In this document: positions 46,351-59,280 of the stretch, one piece after another
Position numbering within the stretch: position 1 is the stretch's first letter
Layout of the letters: the number at the start of each line of letters is the position of its first letter
NCBI RefSeq assembly: GCF_009914755.1
Contig: NC_060929.1
Reading direction: 5' to 3' (one strand)
From: the human T2T-CHM13v2.0 reference genome, Homo sapiens
DNA length: 64,000 bases
Translations under genes and position numbers: made by a program
The notes under the pieces: model-generated
Database searches by the model: none
What the model was told of the DNA's origin: nothing
The model's input: the letters and a program-made list of their open reading frames with translations, nothing else

Positions 46351-49178
46351 GTATGTGAGACACAGGCATTGGTATTTCAGGTTGACCCTCTCTGGCACCA
46401 TCCAGGGCTTTCCTCTGGGGGACAGTACATCCTAGTGAGATTTGGCATGCATGACAGGTAGACTTTCCTTTTAAAAAGTGCCACTGAGGCCATTGCACAA
46501 AAGGAATCAAGTATGAGAACTAGCATGACAGCCAAGGGGTGTCCAAACATGATCAGTTTTGAGAAAGAGTATATATGGAAACTAGGATTCGGAATGTAAT
46601 TCTCTTAAAATTACCCATGCCCATGTGCCCCTTGAGACTTAGTAATCCCTACCAGTGGGCTGCTCTGGGGCACCCTCTGTCAATCATCAGTTCTTTGACT
46701 GCACTTATCCCAATGTCCATTTTCTTCAAGCCAAAGATCTAGGGCCCCCATTTCAACAACACCACTACAGCAGTCTTCCTCTCTCCCCACCCTCAATCTT
46801 CCAGGCACAACTCTCATTCTTGGGACTTCAGACCTTGGTTTCTGATTTGTCACACAATGACCTGAGTCCATCCAAATATATCATTTGCAACTGAGAGGTA
46901 GACAGTTTCTAAAGGCCTTGCCTCTTGTTGGTGAGGTAGTTGGGGACACTCCTATGCTCTTACCCACTGTGTCCTTTCTGCCTTTTTTCCCATGTACCCC
47001 AGTCTCTTCAGTATCTCAAGGTTGCTATACACAATAAGCTGCAATATACACAAATAAGGCAGCAACCAGAAAAGTACCCCAAATATAACTTCAGTTTGCT
47101 GGGTAGTTAATCTGGGTCCATAGCTCAGAAGCACCTTTAAAGCCCAGTTTCTGGAAGGAGAGATGGAGGAAGAGGAACAGAGTTACTCAAGTGTGGTCAT
47201 GACAAAAGTGCAGAATTGGAGGGTGCTAGATTGTCCAGATGAGCAGCTCAGGTGCTAGAACCAAGGGATCCTGCTGGTATTCACCTCCATCCCCACTACG
47301 CTCCCTCCCTTCCCATTGTTCCTGCCACATCAGAATTCCCAGAGTGGAGCAGAAAGAACTAGATATGGAAAAGTGAAGGAATAAGGTGGTAATTCGTCAG
47401 TCTTCAGCTATACTTCCCATGACAAAGGGAGAAGGAAAGGGATTGACCTTAGACACTATCTCTAGGCAAAACAAGATTTCCGTGGCATTCTCTCACCTTC
47501 TTTTCCCAATTTCTCATCCCGTCTCTCCAGATGGCTTCTTTCCTACTCCCTTCCCTGGCTGCCAGTAGAGGTATTTTTAGGTCTGGGGGCCTCCCCTAGT
47601 GGCAACCAGGGAAGAGGAACGCCCAAGCACCTGGGTTTCCTGTGGTTACATTGACTCAGGAATTCAGGGGTTCCTCCTTCTTCAAGCCTCAGCCTGACAA
47701 TTCAAGAAACGCCAAGAACTTTCTGGAAGTGAAGCAGGCTGACCCATTTGATCTGGAATGAGTGATCTGTTGAACAATTCTGTAGCTATAAAAAAAGTAT
47801 TCATTTATAATTGTATCAAGTTGTAGTTTATAGTCTGCTTAATGAGGCCATTAGCTATATTACAGCATGTTGTGCCCAGCAGAATCTTTAATGACTTCTG
47901 CGGACTAACAAGACAGGTATTGAGTGTGATGTCGGTGTTATTATCCTCATTTACAGAAGAGAAATAAGTAGTGGGCCCAAATTCCCAGTCTATAGACTGA
48001 GAGGTGACTCGGCGGCTAAAGTCAAGGTCTGCTTTGAGCCATTCTTAGTTTGCCTGTTTGTGCTTGATCAACCTATGGCAAGGTTTTCCCTCTACCACTG
48101 GGGTTCTTCCATCTTCTAACAGTGAAAGGAACAATTAAAGGGTTATATGTTAGCATATATATATGTGTTTCTCACCTAGAAGAGTAAAACCTTCTTGAGA
48201 GCAGAATCCTGATTTGGCCTGATTCATCTTTGCGTCCCCCATATTATCTGACACCACATGAGCTGGCATTGTGCCTTGTAGGTAGCAGACACTTAATATA
48301 TATTACATATTTGTGAAAAAATAAGTAAATACCCCCTTTTCCTGAAACAGGTTATTGCATCTTGATTATCAAGCATCATTTCACAATTTTCCATATACAT
48401 AATGTGTTCTGATAGATAATTTCAAGTCACACACAGTGAGTCTCAGAAATATACGATTTGGCAACTGTGGGTTATCTAAAAAGCAGATCTGTGGAAATTA
48501 AAACAAAACAACCAAATGAAAAGCATGTCATATTACTAAGTTCCAAGTGTTCTTATCCTAGTGCCGTATTGTCTGTTTACCAACTACAAGTCCACAAAAG
48601 CTGATGGTGTAAATAAACATCTGCTACCTTCTTGGGAAAATTACATTCACTGAACTTTAAAATCCTGGATTCCTAACAAACAGAATATTTGGGAAGAGCT
48701 AGGGATGACTAAATTGAGATAAGAGAATACAGAAAGCTAGATTGGTAGGGGATGGTGGTCACTGAAAAATGCAAGGTATTATGTCTGTTTGCAATGTATT
48801 TGTAATCTCTTGGGGTCAATTAGACTTATAGAAATGATATTTAAGAAGACTTAGCTTGGCGTCTAGGTTCAAATGACTGTTTGGTCTGGTTCTGGTCAGG
48901 GAAGATTTGAGATCTGAGCTGGGCATTAAAAACTGTTTAAAATTCGGGGAGGAGATGGAAGGTCTATTGGAGAGGGCTGAGGGTGAAGCAGCCAAGAGTC
49001 TAGAATCAGGGAGAAGCTGACTTCGCACAGGTGGTATTTTCCCACCTCTGCACACCTGCCTCTCTTTGCCAGTCTAAGTCTTGCCTCTCTACTCACATTT
49101 ACTTCTGCTGAACTGCACCACCTTTTCCTCCCATGCTGGTAATTTCTCAGCCTTAGTGGAAGGTGGAGATTAGCTGTC

Positions 49179-49570
49179 TGTGGCAGAGACTGCTGGTCAA
49201 CATGATATCTGTTCTCCTTTTTTCTTCTTGGAAATAAATCTAAGTGCTGGCCAATGGGATATAAACAGAAGTGGCATTCACCTTCTGGAAAATGTCCTTC
49301 AAGGGAAGTGGTTTATCACATTCCCACCCCATCTCCTTCCCGCTGACTGGAACGCAGATCATAAGGTAGAAGCTGTCACCTAGGATAACAGAGTGATGAG
49401 ATTAATAAAGCACAAGTTGCTGACAATACAGAGTTCCTGGCAGCCCTGGGCTATCCCCAGAATTCTTTTATGTGAGAAAGAAAAAAGAAAAAAGCCAGTG
49501 TTAATATTTTTATTGTTGGATTTTTTTTTTCATTTCTGTCTTTTGCAGCTGGGCCTTTTATCTTTTACAC
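49179..49570 (+). mobile_element. MLT1J-like LTR
   Basis: TGTGGCAGAGACTGCTGG...CTGGCCAATGGGATATAAACAGAAGTG. Confidence 0.65.
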
Positions 49571-49649
49571 TCTAGGATTAGAGCTAACTTTACACAAGGA
49601 AAATTAGTTTTGTTAAATTAACAAAAGGATGATTGTACAATTTATAAAT

Positions 49650-50120
49650 TTAAAAAATGCAAATAGAAATCAGGAGATGCCATTGTGTCTGCTAAAATTC
49701 TTAAAAAAAAGAAAGAAAAGTGATAAAACTCTATGGTGCTAAGGCTTCAGGGAAACAGGTAGGTTAAAGTGGACTTTAACAGGTAGATTAAAGGTTGAGA
49801 GTTGGTATAAGTCTTCTAGAAAACACTGGCCACTTAAGTCACTTGCCTTAAATATGTTACCCGGTGATCTAATTCTTGAAAGATTGGAAAATACATTGTA
49901 ATCAATGACTTAAAAATAAAAATGTATAAAGATGATCATAGCAGTTATTTAAACAGCAGAAAACCAAAACTGCCTAAATGTAGTACTACAGGGGAATGGT
50001 AAATGATTGTACATTAAATTGATGGAGAACCATCCAGCCATTTCAAATAATATATGATAACTACCATGCAATAATTTGCAAACATACTTGTAAAATAATG
50101 TTAAATTAAAAAAAATATCC
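49650..50120 (+). mobile_element. Old L1ME-like fragment
   Basis: AAATGCAAATAGAAATCAGGAGATGCCAT...AAAGATGATCATAGCAG...GCCTAAATG. Confidence 0.55.
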
Positions 50121-50349
50121 CGGATGCTAAATATATGTTGGGATGGTAGCTGTCAAATTTTGGCTGTTGACTCAACCTTGTTCCTTTCATCTCATTTTAC
50201 CCATCCACATAGCGTCCAGGGAGAACTGAGCGTCCCAGATGTGTTCATTGCAAATTCCTGGACTCTCCCTATATTGCTACCTTTGCAGAAACATTCCCTT
50301 CTTCTTTATTTGAACCTTACTTATTCTTGAATTTTGGGTTTTGTGTTTT

Positions 50350-51202
50350 ACAAAGTGATTCCCAATGGAACATCTCAGGTAGACAAAAAGGCTTTTAAGA
50401 CTCATCAGGTGTTCCACAGTAGCCAGACAGGCCCAAAGCAGTGAGAGACCACTCACAAAAAGAATTATGGACGTGGCTTTGGAGCATGTGGTGGACTTAA
50501 GTAAAAATAATAGAAGACCTATATTTTAAAGAGAATTTTACTGGGGTGTGGTGGGGGCGGGGGGCGCGGTGCAGAACTTAGCCAGATCGGAGTAAAAGGC
50601 TCTGAGATTTCACAAATTGAAAAATGACTTTGGGTCCCACAATTTTTTTGAGTAAAGAGTAGGCTCAGAAGGCTATTCAGCTGACAACATGGGCTATTTC
50701 TATGGAAAAAGAAGGTTGTCTCAGGATGAAAGGCCCAGAGCCCAGGTGGAGGAGCCAAGAGTAATGGAGAACAATGGACTGGGAGCTACTCCCCTAGAGC
50801 GGAGTGGATCCTGCTGTCAGAATAGGGGGACCGGGCAACATGTGCCGAGCAGGATTATGAATTGGAATTGGTGACTGCTATATGTCTTCTTTTAATTCCC
50901 CTTTTTAAGGGACGTATTTACTGCCATTGTCCTATCCCTTTCTCACTATTGTTTGTTGAGTGTGTGCAGAGCATATAACTTATCTCTTTAATTTACAGGT
51001 CTCTGGATCCAGGGAAGTCACAGCCAAGGAAGTGCATGTGAGAAGCCTAACCCTCATTTGGACTTGACAGAAATCACAGGATCCTAGACTTTGCCATAAT
51101 TGATGCTATAATTGAATGCAATTGATGGGGGTCCTGGCGGGAATCAGTACATTTTTGCATGTGAAAGGACTGTGAATAATTGGAATTAACAGGAAAGGCG
51201 AT
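50350..51202 (+). mobile_element. MLT1 internal sequence, 3' part
   Basis: MaLR-int motifs ACTTATCTCTTTAATTTACAGGTCTCTGGATC and TTTTGCATGTGAAAGGAC; purine tract directly before the LTR. Confidence 0.6.
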
Positions 51203-51637
51203 TGTCTACTTTTGTAGTAATGGCCACCAGTGATTCACGCCCTCAGTCTGCAAGTAGCCCCTTCCCACATTGAGTCTGGGCTTGGCCGTGTGAATGACTA
51301 TGGCTGCCAATGGGACATCAGCACATGCAATGCATGCAGAGGCCTGGAGAAACACTCGCTCCTTAGGGCTTGCCCTCTCTTGCTGCTTCCATGGAGCCCT
51401 CCCATCACTACATGAATGAGCCCGGGTTGACCGATCAGAGGATGGGAGACTATGTGGAGAAGAGCCCCAACTGTCCCAGCCAGCCCAGCTGAGGGTCTCA
51501 AAGATGTCACTGAGTTCCACTCCAGCCCAACTGTCTCAAACTAGAAGAAATACTAGTTATTCCATAGGATCATTTGATTGTGTTAAACCATTAAGTTTTG
51601 AGATGGTTTTTTAAGGCGGAGAAAGCTAACCAATATG
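51203..51637 (+). mobile_element. MLT1G/H-like LTR
   Basis: CCCACATTGAGTCTGGGCTTGGCCGTGTGA...TTAAACCATTAAGTTTTGAGATGG...GCTAACCAATA. Confidence 0.75.
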
Positions 51638-52779
51638 GAAAGGCTCAAATGTAGATAAATCCAGCAACAGATGGAAGACAGGGGAGGTGACATTGAGGTA
51701 GCAAAATCTCTGGAGCCAGTTGTGTGGGCAGTTTCCTAAGAAAACCTAAAGCAGTTCACAGAGGGTGACCCTACTATGGCCAATGGAGAGCCACAAAAAA
51801 GAAAATGCCAGAAGTCAAGTTCAATGGGAAAATTGAAGATGGAAACTGAAGCATGAACAGTAAGTTTGGAAGTCCGTGGGATTAAGAAGAGACCAAGTGG
51901 TGGGAGAAATGAATGGATTAGACCAAGCGATTCAGAAATAAAGCTTTGGGCAAGAGGAAGTCATAGGTCCTCCTTTTATGAAGCAACTAATAATGCCTAT
52001 ACCCTACTGTACAGCAATTAAATCTGAATCTCTGAGAGTAGGGTCTAGGTATTTTTTAAGCATTGAAAAAAAGCTTTGAAAGAGTATTTAACAAGCTTCC
52101 CAGGTGATTGGATTATGGAGTAGGAGAAGACTCTGGAAGAGATGATGCAATCCCTAGAGCAAGACCCATTAGGTTTCTGAGAAATGAGTAAATACAGAAT
52201 CGCTCAGAATCTCCTCATTTTCATATATTTGTGATTGATCTAAACTGCTATTAACCTCAAAGATCAGTGTTAGGACTTGATGACTAATGGCTACTTCTGA
52301 GTCAAAAATGAAATAGCACTTATTTTCATAACGTAATAAAATTCAAGTGCACATTAACTCAGATCCCATGAATCAGCGAATATGATCATTTGAACAGAGC
52401 CTGAAGTTATCTATGGAAATATATTTTGCATAAGTTATCACACAAGATTTCAAGATTTTGGTAGAAAGGCTTAAACTAACGAAAAAGAAATATCTTAAAT
52501 GAGTAGGCCAGCCTGATAACTGAGACAATAAGGAGTAGTGGGGAGCTATGACAAATCAGATTTAGGGAGGAGGCTTTGTGCCAGCCAAAAGAAAAGAATT
52601 GAAGGCCAGTTTAGCCCACAGGCTGCCAGTTTATGGAACTCTGAGTCATAATAGAAACCATTATAATAGAGAAGTAAACATAAGTATAGAATTACAATAA
52701 ATGAAGGGTCAGGAAAGGATTTGAAGAAGGAAGGAGCATGGAAATATTTTAAAGGCTGAGCAGTTTTTTTGACATCTTT

Positions 52780-54250
52780 AAATTTAATTTTTAAATTTAA
52801 AAAACTTTTCATTTGGAAATGATTTTATTGACAAACATTCTTAAAAAATTGTACAAAGGCTTTCTCCATATTCTTCACCAAGATTCTCCAAATGTTGACA
52901 TCTAACAAGACTACGTACAATGATTAAGATCAGGAATTTTTCTCTGACATAATACTATTATCTAATCTATAGGCCTTATTCAAATATCATTAATTATCCT
53001 AATGATCTTTTTTTCTGGCTCAGGACCTAATCCAGGATCACACATTGCATTTGGTTGTTAAGTTTCCTTTAATCTGGAAGAGGTTTTTGTGTGTGTGTTA
53101 TTGGTAACCTTAATATTTTCAAACAATTTTGGTCAGTTATTTCACGAAATGGCACTGAAGTTGGGTTTGTCTAATGTTTGCTCACAATTTAAATTTGGGT
53201 TATACATTTTTGGAATAAATATTACAGAGTGATGCTGTATCTTAGTGCATTGTAATCAGATATATGATGCCAATTTGGACCATTATAGGCCATGAAAATT
53301 TTGATCACTAAATTAGCATGGAGCCTGCCATGTTTCCCTACTATAATGTCACTACTGTTTCCTTTGTAATTAGTATAAAACTTATGAAGTGAAAGCTAAC
53401 CAATACAGGGAGGCTCAAATAGGGATAAACCCAGCAGATAGAAGATGAGGGAGGTGACATATTTTGACATATGTAAATATCTTGTCAGTCATCATAGTTT
53501 TGTTCACTAATTTTAAAATTTATTGGTGAATCTTGCCTAAAGCAATTAGGGTGGTATTTGCCAGATGGTGATTTTCTAACTCCATTATTTCTTTTATATT
53601 TATTAGTTGGAATTCTACTGTACTTCTTCTTCTCTCCCATTTATTTGTTTGTTAATATCAGTATAGTCTCGCACATTCTTACTTTATTCCTTGGATTATA
53701 ATCCATTACTAGCATTATCTTATTGCTCAAATTGTCCCAGATTTGACTGTAGGGAGTTTCTTCAAGTAGCCTCCTGTGTTCTTTTGACATATTCCCAATC
53801 TTTTTGTGGGTATATTTTCTTATTTCTGGCATTATAAGACAATTCATGCCCATCTTGTACTTACCCTGTCTCAGACCTAGAATCAGCCACTTTCTCCGAG
53901 AGACCTAGTAACTTTTATTGGTAAATGGTATTAAGAAACCAAGATCTGGGCAATTGGTATGTTAATTGGTATTGGGTGTCATTGCTTCTAGGCTCTCTCT
54001 GCAGACAGAAATAAGAAATACATGTGGGAACACACATGCATATATTTATAGATGCATATTTCTATATGTATCTATAAATTAAAAGCCATGAGTTCATGCT
54101 GATACCTCCAATTCTAATTCAACACTACAGAGTTCATTCTAGCTTCCCACCTTTATTTGTAACTCCTTTCTCTGACTGTCAGAAACACGGCCCTAATATT
54201 TTAATAATACATTATTTCTAAATCCTTGGATACATAGAAGTGGTTTAGAA
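52780..54250 (-). mobile_element. L1MC4-like 3' UTR
   Basis: ATCCAGGATCACACATTGCATTTGGTTG; CCTAGAATCAGCCACTTTCTCC; AAGCCATGAGTTCATGCTGATACCTCCAATTC. Confidence 0.8.
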
Positions 54251-54546
54251 AGTCTACTCATCTTTCCATACATTCATTTTCAAAAATGTCCATATCTAAA
54301 TAAAACATTCTCACTCTGTCTCCTAAAAATACACAACCAAAGTATTATCCAGTTACAGCATCTGTCTCCAAGTCCAGGACTTCTGGATAATATGAAATCT
54401 TACTTCATTTTGGATGTAGTTCTTTGTGGTTAGACAAAACTATGGCTATAGCAAATTTATCAATCACCCACACATCCAATACACAATAAAGAGAAGAACA
54501 AGAATGACTTCAATAAAAAATGTCAATTACAAAGAGAATTGAGAAA

Positions 54547-54587
54547 ACACGCACACGTGTGCGTGCGCGCGCACACACACACACACA
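54547..54587. repeat. Alternating purine-pyrimidine (CA/CG/TG) tract
   Basis: ACACGCACACGTGTGCGTGCGCGCGCACACAC... Confidence 0.85.
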
Positions 54588-54996
54588 GGACATTAGTACA
54601 TACAAGACGTAATCCCCTAGGATGGGTATGTGACTTGGGATGAGAACATGACTTAAACGATCCAATCAGTCAGGGTGAATCTTGAGCTTCTGACTTAGAG
54701 ATGCTGATACTGAGGATATTCTTTCTTTCTTTCAGCATTATGGTCTGATAATGCTCTGACAGTGGGGGAGGTCAAGCAATCTGGCAGCCTCCAGTTTTCA
54801 TCTCTGGGAGACTCTTCTCTGTTCATTGACCTCCATAGCCATATCTAGAGAAGTTTCCCTTCCCAGGGGCTGTATAACTTTAGCATCCCCTTTTCCTTTT
54901 CTGTGTGTGTAACTTTACAGAGCCTGAGATTGCCTTAGGGCTTGAGCAGACATGGACTGTGGTTGTCCAGGATTGGGATTTCTTTAGCAATATAGC

Positions 54997-55692
54997 TGAT
55001 ATAGTTTGGCTGTGTCCCCACCCAAATCTGATCTTGAATTATAGTTCCCATAATCCCCATGTGTTATGGGAGGGACTAGGTGGAGATAACTGAATAATGG
55101 GGGGCAGTTCCCCCATCCTGTTGTGGTGACAGTGAGTTAGTTCTCACGAGTTCCGATGGTTTTATAAGGGGCTTCCCCCTTTGCTGGGCACTCATTTTTC
55201 TTCTCTCTGCTGCCATGTGAAGAAGGACATGTTTGCCTCCCCTTCTGCCATGATTGTAAGTTTCCTGAGGCCTCCACCCATGAGGAACTGTGAGTGCATT
55301 AAAACTCTTTCCTTTGGCCAGGGGCGGTGGCTCATGCCTGTAATCCCAGCACTTTGGGAGGCCAAGGCGGGTGGATCATGAGGTCAGGAGATCGAGACCA
55401 TCCTGGCTAACACGGTGAAACCCCATCTCTACTAAAAATACAAAAACGTTAGCCAGATGTGGTGGCGGGTGCCTGAAGTCCCAGCTACTCAGGAGGCTGA
55501 GGCAGGAGAATGGCGTGAACCTGGGAGGTGGGGCTTGCAGTGAGCCAAGATTGCGCCACTGCACTCCAGCCTGGGCGACACAGAGAGACTCCGTCTCAAA
55601 AAAAAAAAAAAAAAAAGCAAAAAAGTCTTTCCTTTATAAATCACCCAGTCTTGGGTATGTCTTCATAGCAGCCGTGAAAACAGACTAATACA
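54997..55692 (+). mobile_element. THE1B/C-like solo LTR split by AluY
   Basis: TGATATAGTTTGGCTGTGTCCCCACCC...GACTAATACA; perfect TSD ATAGC (54992-54996, 55693-55697). Confidence 0.92.
55316..55620 (+). mobile_element. AluY nested in THE1
   Basis: AluY diagnostics; TSD AAAA(C/G)TCTTTCCTTT at 55301-55315 and 55621-55635. Confidence 0.95.
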
Positions 55693-55944
55693 ATAGCTTT
55701 TTACAAAACTTAATTATCATCAGTATATTTGACAAATCACTTCCACGGGCTGGAAACCATAGACAGAAAGCCTGTCTCTGCTCATTCTATTTGAGACAGG
55801 AATTTCCACTGTCTAAAAACAGGCCTCTGTTATATCATCATCCCGTCAGGCTTTAGTGTAATTGCCACTTTTATCTTGGCTCTTCTTCTGGAAGTTTCTG
55901 ACAATAACTTGGAGTATAATGATTTGCTCCCTGCCCTCAGGTTC

Positions 55945-56366
55945 TGATACGGTTTGAATGTTTTGTTCCCTCCAAATTTCATGTTGAAATACGATCCTTA
56001 ATGTTGGTGGTGGAGCCTAGTAGCAGGTGTTTGGGTCATGGGGGTGGATTCCTCATGAATGGCTTGGTGCCTTCCTCGTGGTAATGAGTGAGTTCTCACT
56101 CTGAGTTTATGGGAGATCTGGTTGTTTAAAAGAATGTGGCACTTTCCCCCACCCCCTGCTTGCTTCCTGTCTCACCATGTGAAACACTGGTTCCCCTTTG
56201 CCTTCTGCCATGACTGTGAGCTTCCTGACACTCTCACCAGAGGCAGATGCTGGCACCATGCTTCCTGTACAGCCTGCAGAAAATGTGAGCCAAAAGAAAT
56301 GTGTTTTCTTTATAAATTACCCAGCCTCAGGTATTCCTTTATAGCAATGCAGAAGAGACTAATACA
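55945..56366 (+). mobile_element. MSTB-like solo LTR
   Basis: TGATACGGTTTGAATG...GACTAATACA; perfect TSD GGTTC (55940-55944, 56367-56371). Confidence 0.9.
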
Positions 56367-56827
56367 GGTTCTATCACAACTGTACTTGTTTGCTTTGTCA
56401 GATGGAGACTTTTCAGTAGGAAGTATTTGGGAGTAGCCTGAAGGGTTAGTGTTGTCTGTTGCACCCATCTTACCTCCTGTTTTTACATGTATGAACCTTA
56501 ACTTGGAGTGGAGTATTTAGTCTTTGCAACACCACTAGATTCTAGTCATTTTGGATTGCAGTTCATACTCAGAGAGGGTCTTCCTAAGTAAGGCCATATT
56601 TTTTCCTTCTCTGCTTTTAGATAGGCCACTTCATCTTAAGATTGTCTCTTTATTATAGGACATTACTGTAATCCAAAATCCTGAATTTTTCCTACCATTT
56701 CCCCTGATATACCTTGCAGACATATGGCCTGAGTCTCAACAGGCTTTTCACCTAGTTATCTCTGCTCAGACAAGTCTATGTTTTAGAGTTTATATTTAAT
56801 TGCATCCCACTCCTGGTACCAAATTCT

Positions 56828-57325
56828 GTATCAGTTAGAGAATTCTTTGGCTGCAAGAAACAGAAAATCTGGTTCAAATTGGCTTAAATGATAAAGAAAT
56901 GTATTTGCTTTTATGAATCGAAGTTCAGAGATAAAGCAAGCTTAAGAGAAAGCCTACTTTTGAATGGAATTCATTTACCTGCACCTTTGTCATGTCAGCT
57001 TCATCCTATTTTCATCCTGGTGGCAAAATGACTCCAAAAGTTTTTGTTTTACATCCTCATCCTCTGGTTCTGAGAGGAAAGGCAGAACAACAACAACAAA
57101 AAAACTTGAATACCAACATTACACACCAGAATACCAGAGTCTTGAGATTTATCCTGATTAAACTATTTAGGTTACATGGCCACCCTAAACCAATGAGAAG
57201 TTGAATATCTTTGGTATGAGCCAACCAGACCCATTCCATAGGTAGAGTGTAGGAATGGTAGATACCTAATTGAAAACAAAGTACTATTAGAAAGGAAAAT
57301 GTGTACTTTGGTTGTCAACTATCAG
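56828..57325 (-). mobile_element. MLT1K/L-like LTR
   Basis: TGTATCAGTTAG...TGGCTGCAAGAAACAGAAAA...TGGCTTAAA. Confidence 0.65.
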
Positions 57326-57379
57326 CATTCATTAATCAATGTTATCAGGCTTTTAAAATAGTCTTATATTATTATCATT

Positions 57380-57548
57380 TGAAAAAATAACATTAATCTG
57401 TACCTGAAATTATTTTATTTATATGTCTCTTTTTGAAGAATCTAAAGCTCCATGAGAACAGAAATTTTCCCTGTCTTATTCATTTCACTTGTAAGACAAT
57501 GCCTGACATTCAATAAATATTTTCTTAGTGAATGCATGAATGAATGAA
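57380..57548 (+). mobile_element. L2 3' end
   Basis: AAGCTCCATGAGAACAG...TGCCTGACATTCAATAAATATT...GAATGAATGAAT. Confidence 0.7.
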
Positions 57549-57882
57549 TCTTGTTTATCCTGAATCTCTGAGACCTTCCACCATAAAGTCCCAAACCTCC
57601 AGGCCATGAATACTTCATTTGAGATGCTTGGGCTTAAAGCTTCACAGCTGGTAAGTGGATGGCCAAAACCTGAACTCAGGCTGGCTGACTCCACTTATTG
57701 TGTATTTCCAACTATTCCAAGCTGCTCTAATGTGTTAAAATAAGCCCACAGAGTTTTAACACAGCTGTGTTCAGAATCCATGTAGGAAATACATAAAACA
57801 TTCTGACAGTTAGTATCCAAATAGTAATTTGGAAGATTAACAAGAGTTTAAAACTGGGCATGAACCAATATTTGCTTTTCTT

Positions 57883-58213
57883 TTTTTTTTTTTTTTTTTT
57901 TTTTTTCTTTTTCTTTTTCTTTTTTTTTTTTTGAGACAGCATCTAGCTCTGTGTCCCAGACTGGAGTGCAGTGGCATGATCTCGGCTCACTGCAACGTCC
58001 GTCTCCAGGTTCAAGCGATTCTCCTGCCTCAGCCTCCTGAGTAGCTGGAATTACAAGCATAAGCCCCCATGCTCGGCTAATTTTTGTGCTTGTAGTAGAC
58101 ACAGGGTTTCACCATATCAGCCAGGCTGGTCTCGAACTCCTGACATCAAGTGATCCCCCCACCTCGGCCTCCCAAAGTGCTGGGATTACAGGCATGAGCC
58201 ACCACATCCGGCC
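57883..58213 (-). mobile_element. Alu (AluSz-like)
   Basis: Long T tail; perfect 17-bp TSD CAATATTTGCTTTTCTT at 57866-57882 and 58214-58230. Confidence 0.95.
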
Positions 58214-58594
58214 CAATATTTGCTTTTCTTATCTGGAGCTATCAACATACTCCAAGTTAAAATCATATCCCGCCTAATAGTATGTGAAAGAATGGGATTG
58301 ATCTGCTGCAAGTCTAGTTTCTCATTTTGCAACAGCAATAATATAAGGCATGTTATAATTTTCCTTATTGGATGTTGCCCCTGATTAAAATAAACCCTTT
58401 TTATCTGATAGACTAATGGGGAGATTTAATCAATAGAGAAGAGAACTAATGTTACCTGTCTACCATGACCTGGGTACTTCATTCATTAATTTACATCTTT
58501 TCATTTGTATCCATTTGTTTCATGTTATTAAGTACCTTTCATGTGGTAGGCATCATGCTAGGGGCTAATGATGCAGCATTTAGCATAGGCTAGA

Positions 58595-58860
58595 GAGACA
58601 TTGTAGTGCATCAATTAAAATAATGAACTCTCAAGTCAGAAAAATGGAAGTCCAAATCCTAGCTTTGCTGTAGCCTGTAGATCCTGGGTATCCACAGTGG
58701 ACTTCTCTGCATCTTATTTTCTTCATCTCACAGAATTGTTCTTTATTTCACATACAGTTGTCTTGTGAGGCTTAAGTGAGATAATATAATTGTTGCCCTT
58801 GCTGTGTCTAGTATAGTGTCTGACACATCACAGTTATTTAATTAAATGTTATTTATATTA
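58595..58860 (+). mobile_element. MIR inside an antisense L2 3' end
   Basis: AGTCAGAAAA...CAAATCCTAGCTTTGC...GTGAGGCTTAAGTGAGATAAT; L2-like flanks at 58500-58590 and 58862-58895. Confidence 0.6.
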
Positions 58861-59123
58861 CCAGAAGGTCCCTATCCTCAAGTTGCTTACAATAAATAGA
58901 CATAAGTATTGACGCTTAATTTTTCTAAAAATGCTCTGAGATAAGTGTTATTCCATTTTAGAAACACGGAAACTGAGAATTTCAATAGTTCATTCAAGGA
59001 CTGAATTAATTAACAAATGAGTCAGAATTCTAAATACAAAGATATCTCAGTCTGAAGCCCATGTTTTCACCAATTATCTGAATGAGAAATTGAGAGACAG
59101 GGCTTCTAGTCCTGATTTTAGAC

Positions 59124-59280
59124 CAGTGATTCTCAACCCTGGAGAGCTTTATAAAGCTCCAAGTGCCAACACTCTGTCCAATTCACTGAAATCAGAATAT
59201 CAGGATGAAGGCCTGGACACTGCGTATTTTCAAAACCTGTCCAAAAGATTCTAATGGGCAGCCAGGGTTGAGAATCACCT
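59124..59280. mobile_element. MER5A1-like hAT-Charlie
   Basis: Inverted ends GTGATTCTCAACCCTGG / CCAGGGTTGAGAATCAC. Confidence 0.85.

Larger units (their letters stand above)
54270..56827 (-). mobile_element. Old MaLR internal region interrupted by THE1 and MSTB
   Basis: ACTCCTGGTACCAAATT (MaLR-int start, antisense) abuts the LTR at 56828; left boundary uncertain. Confidence 0.5.

Noticed and set aside
50543-50570. G-rich patch/GC box as G4 or promoter
   Set aside because: Only three G-runs of 3 or more, inside MLT1 internal sequence, no CpG island
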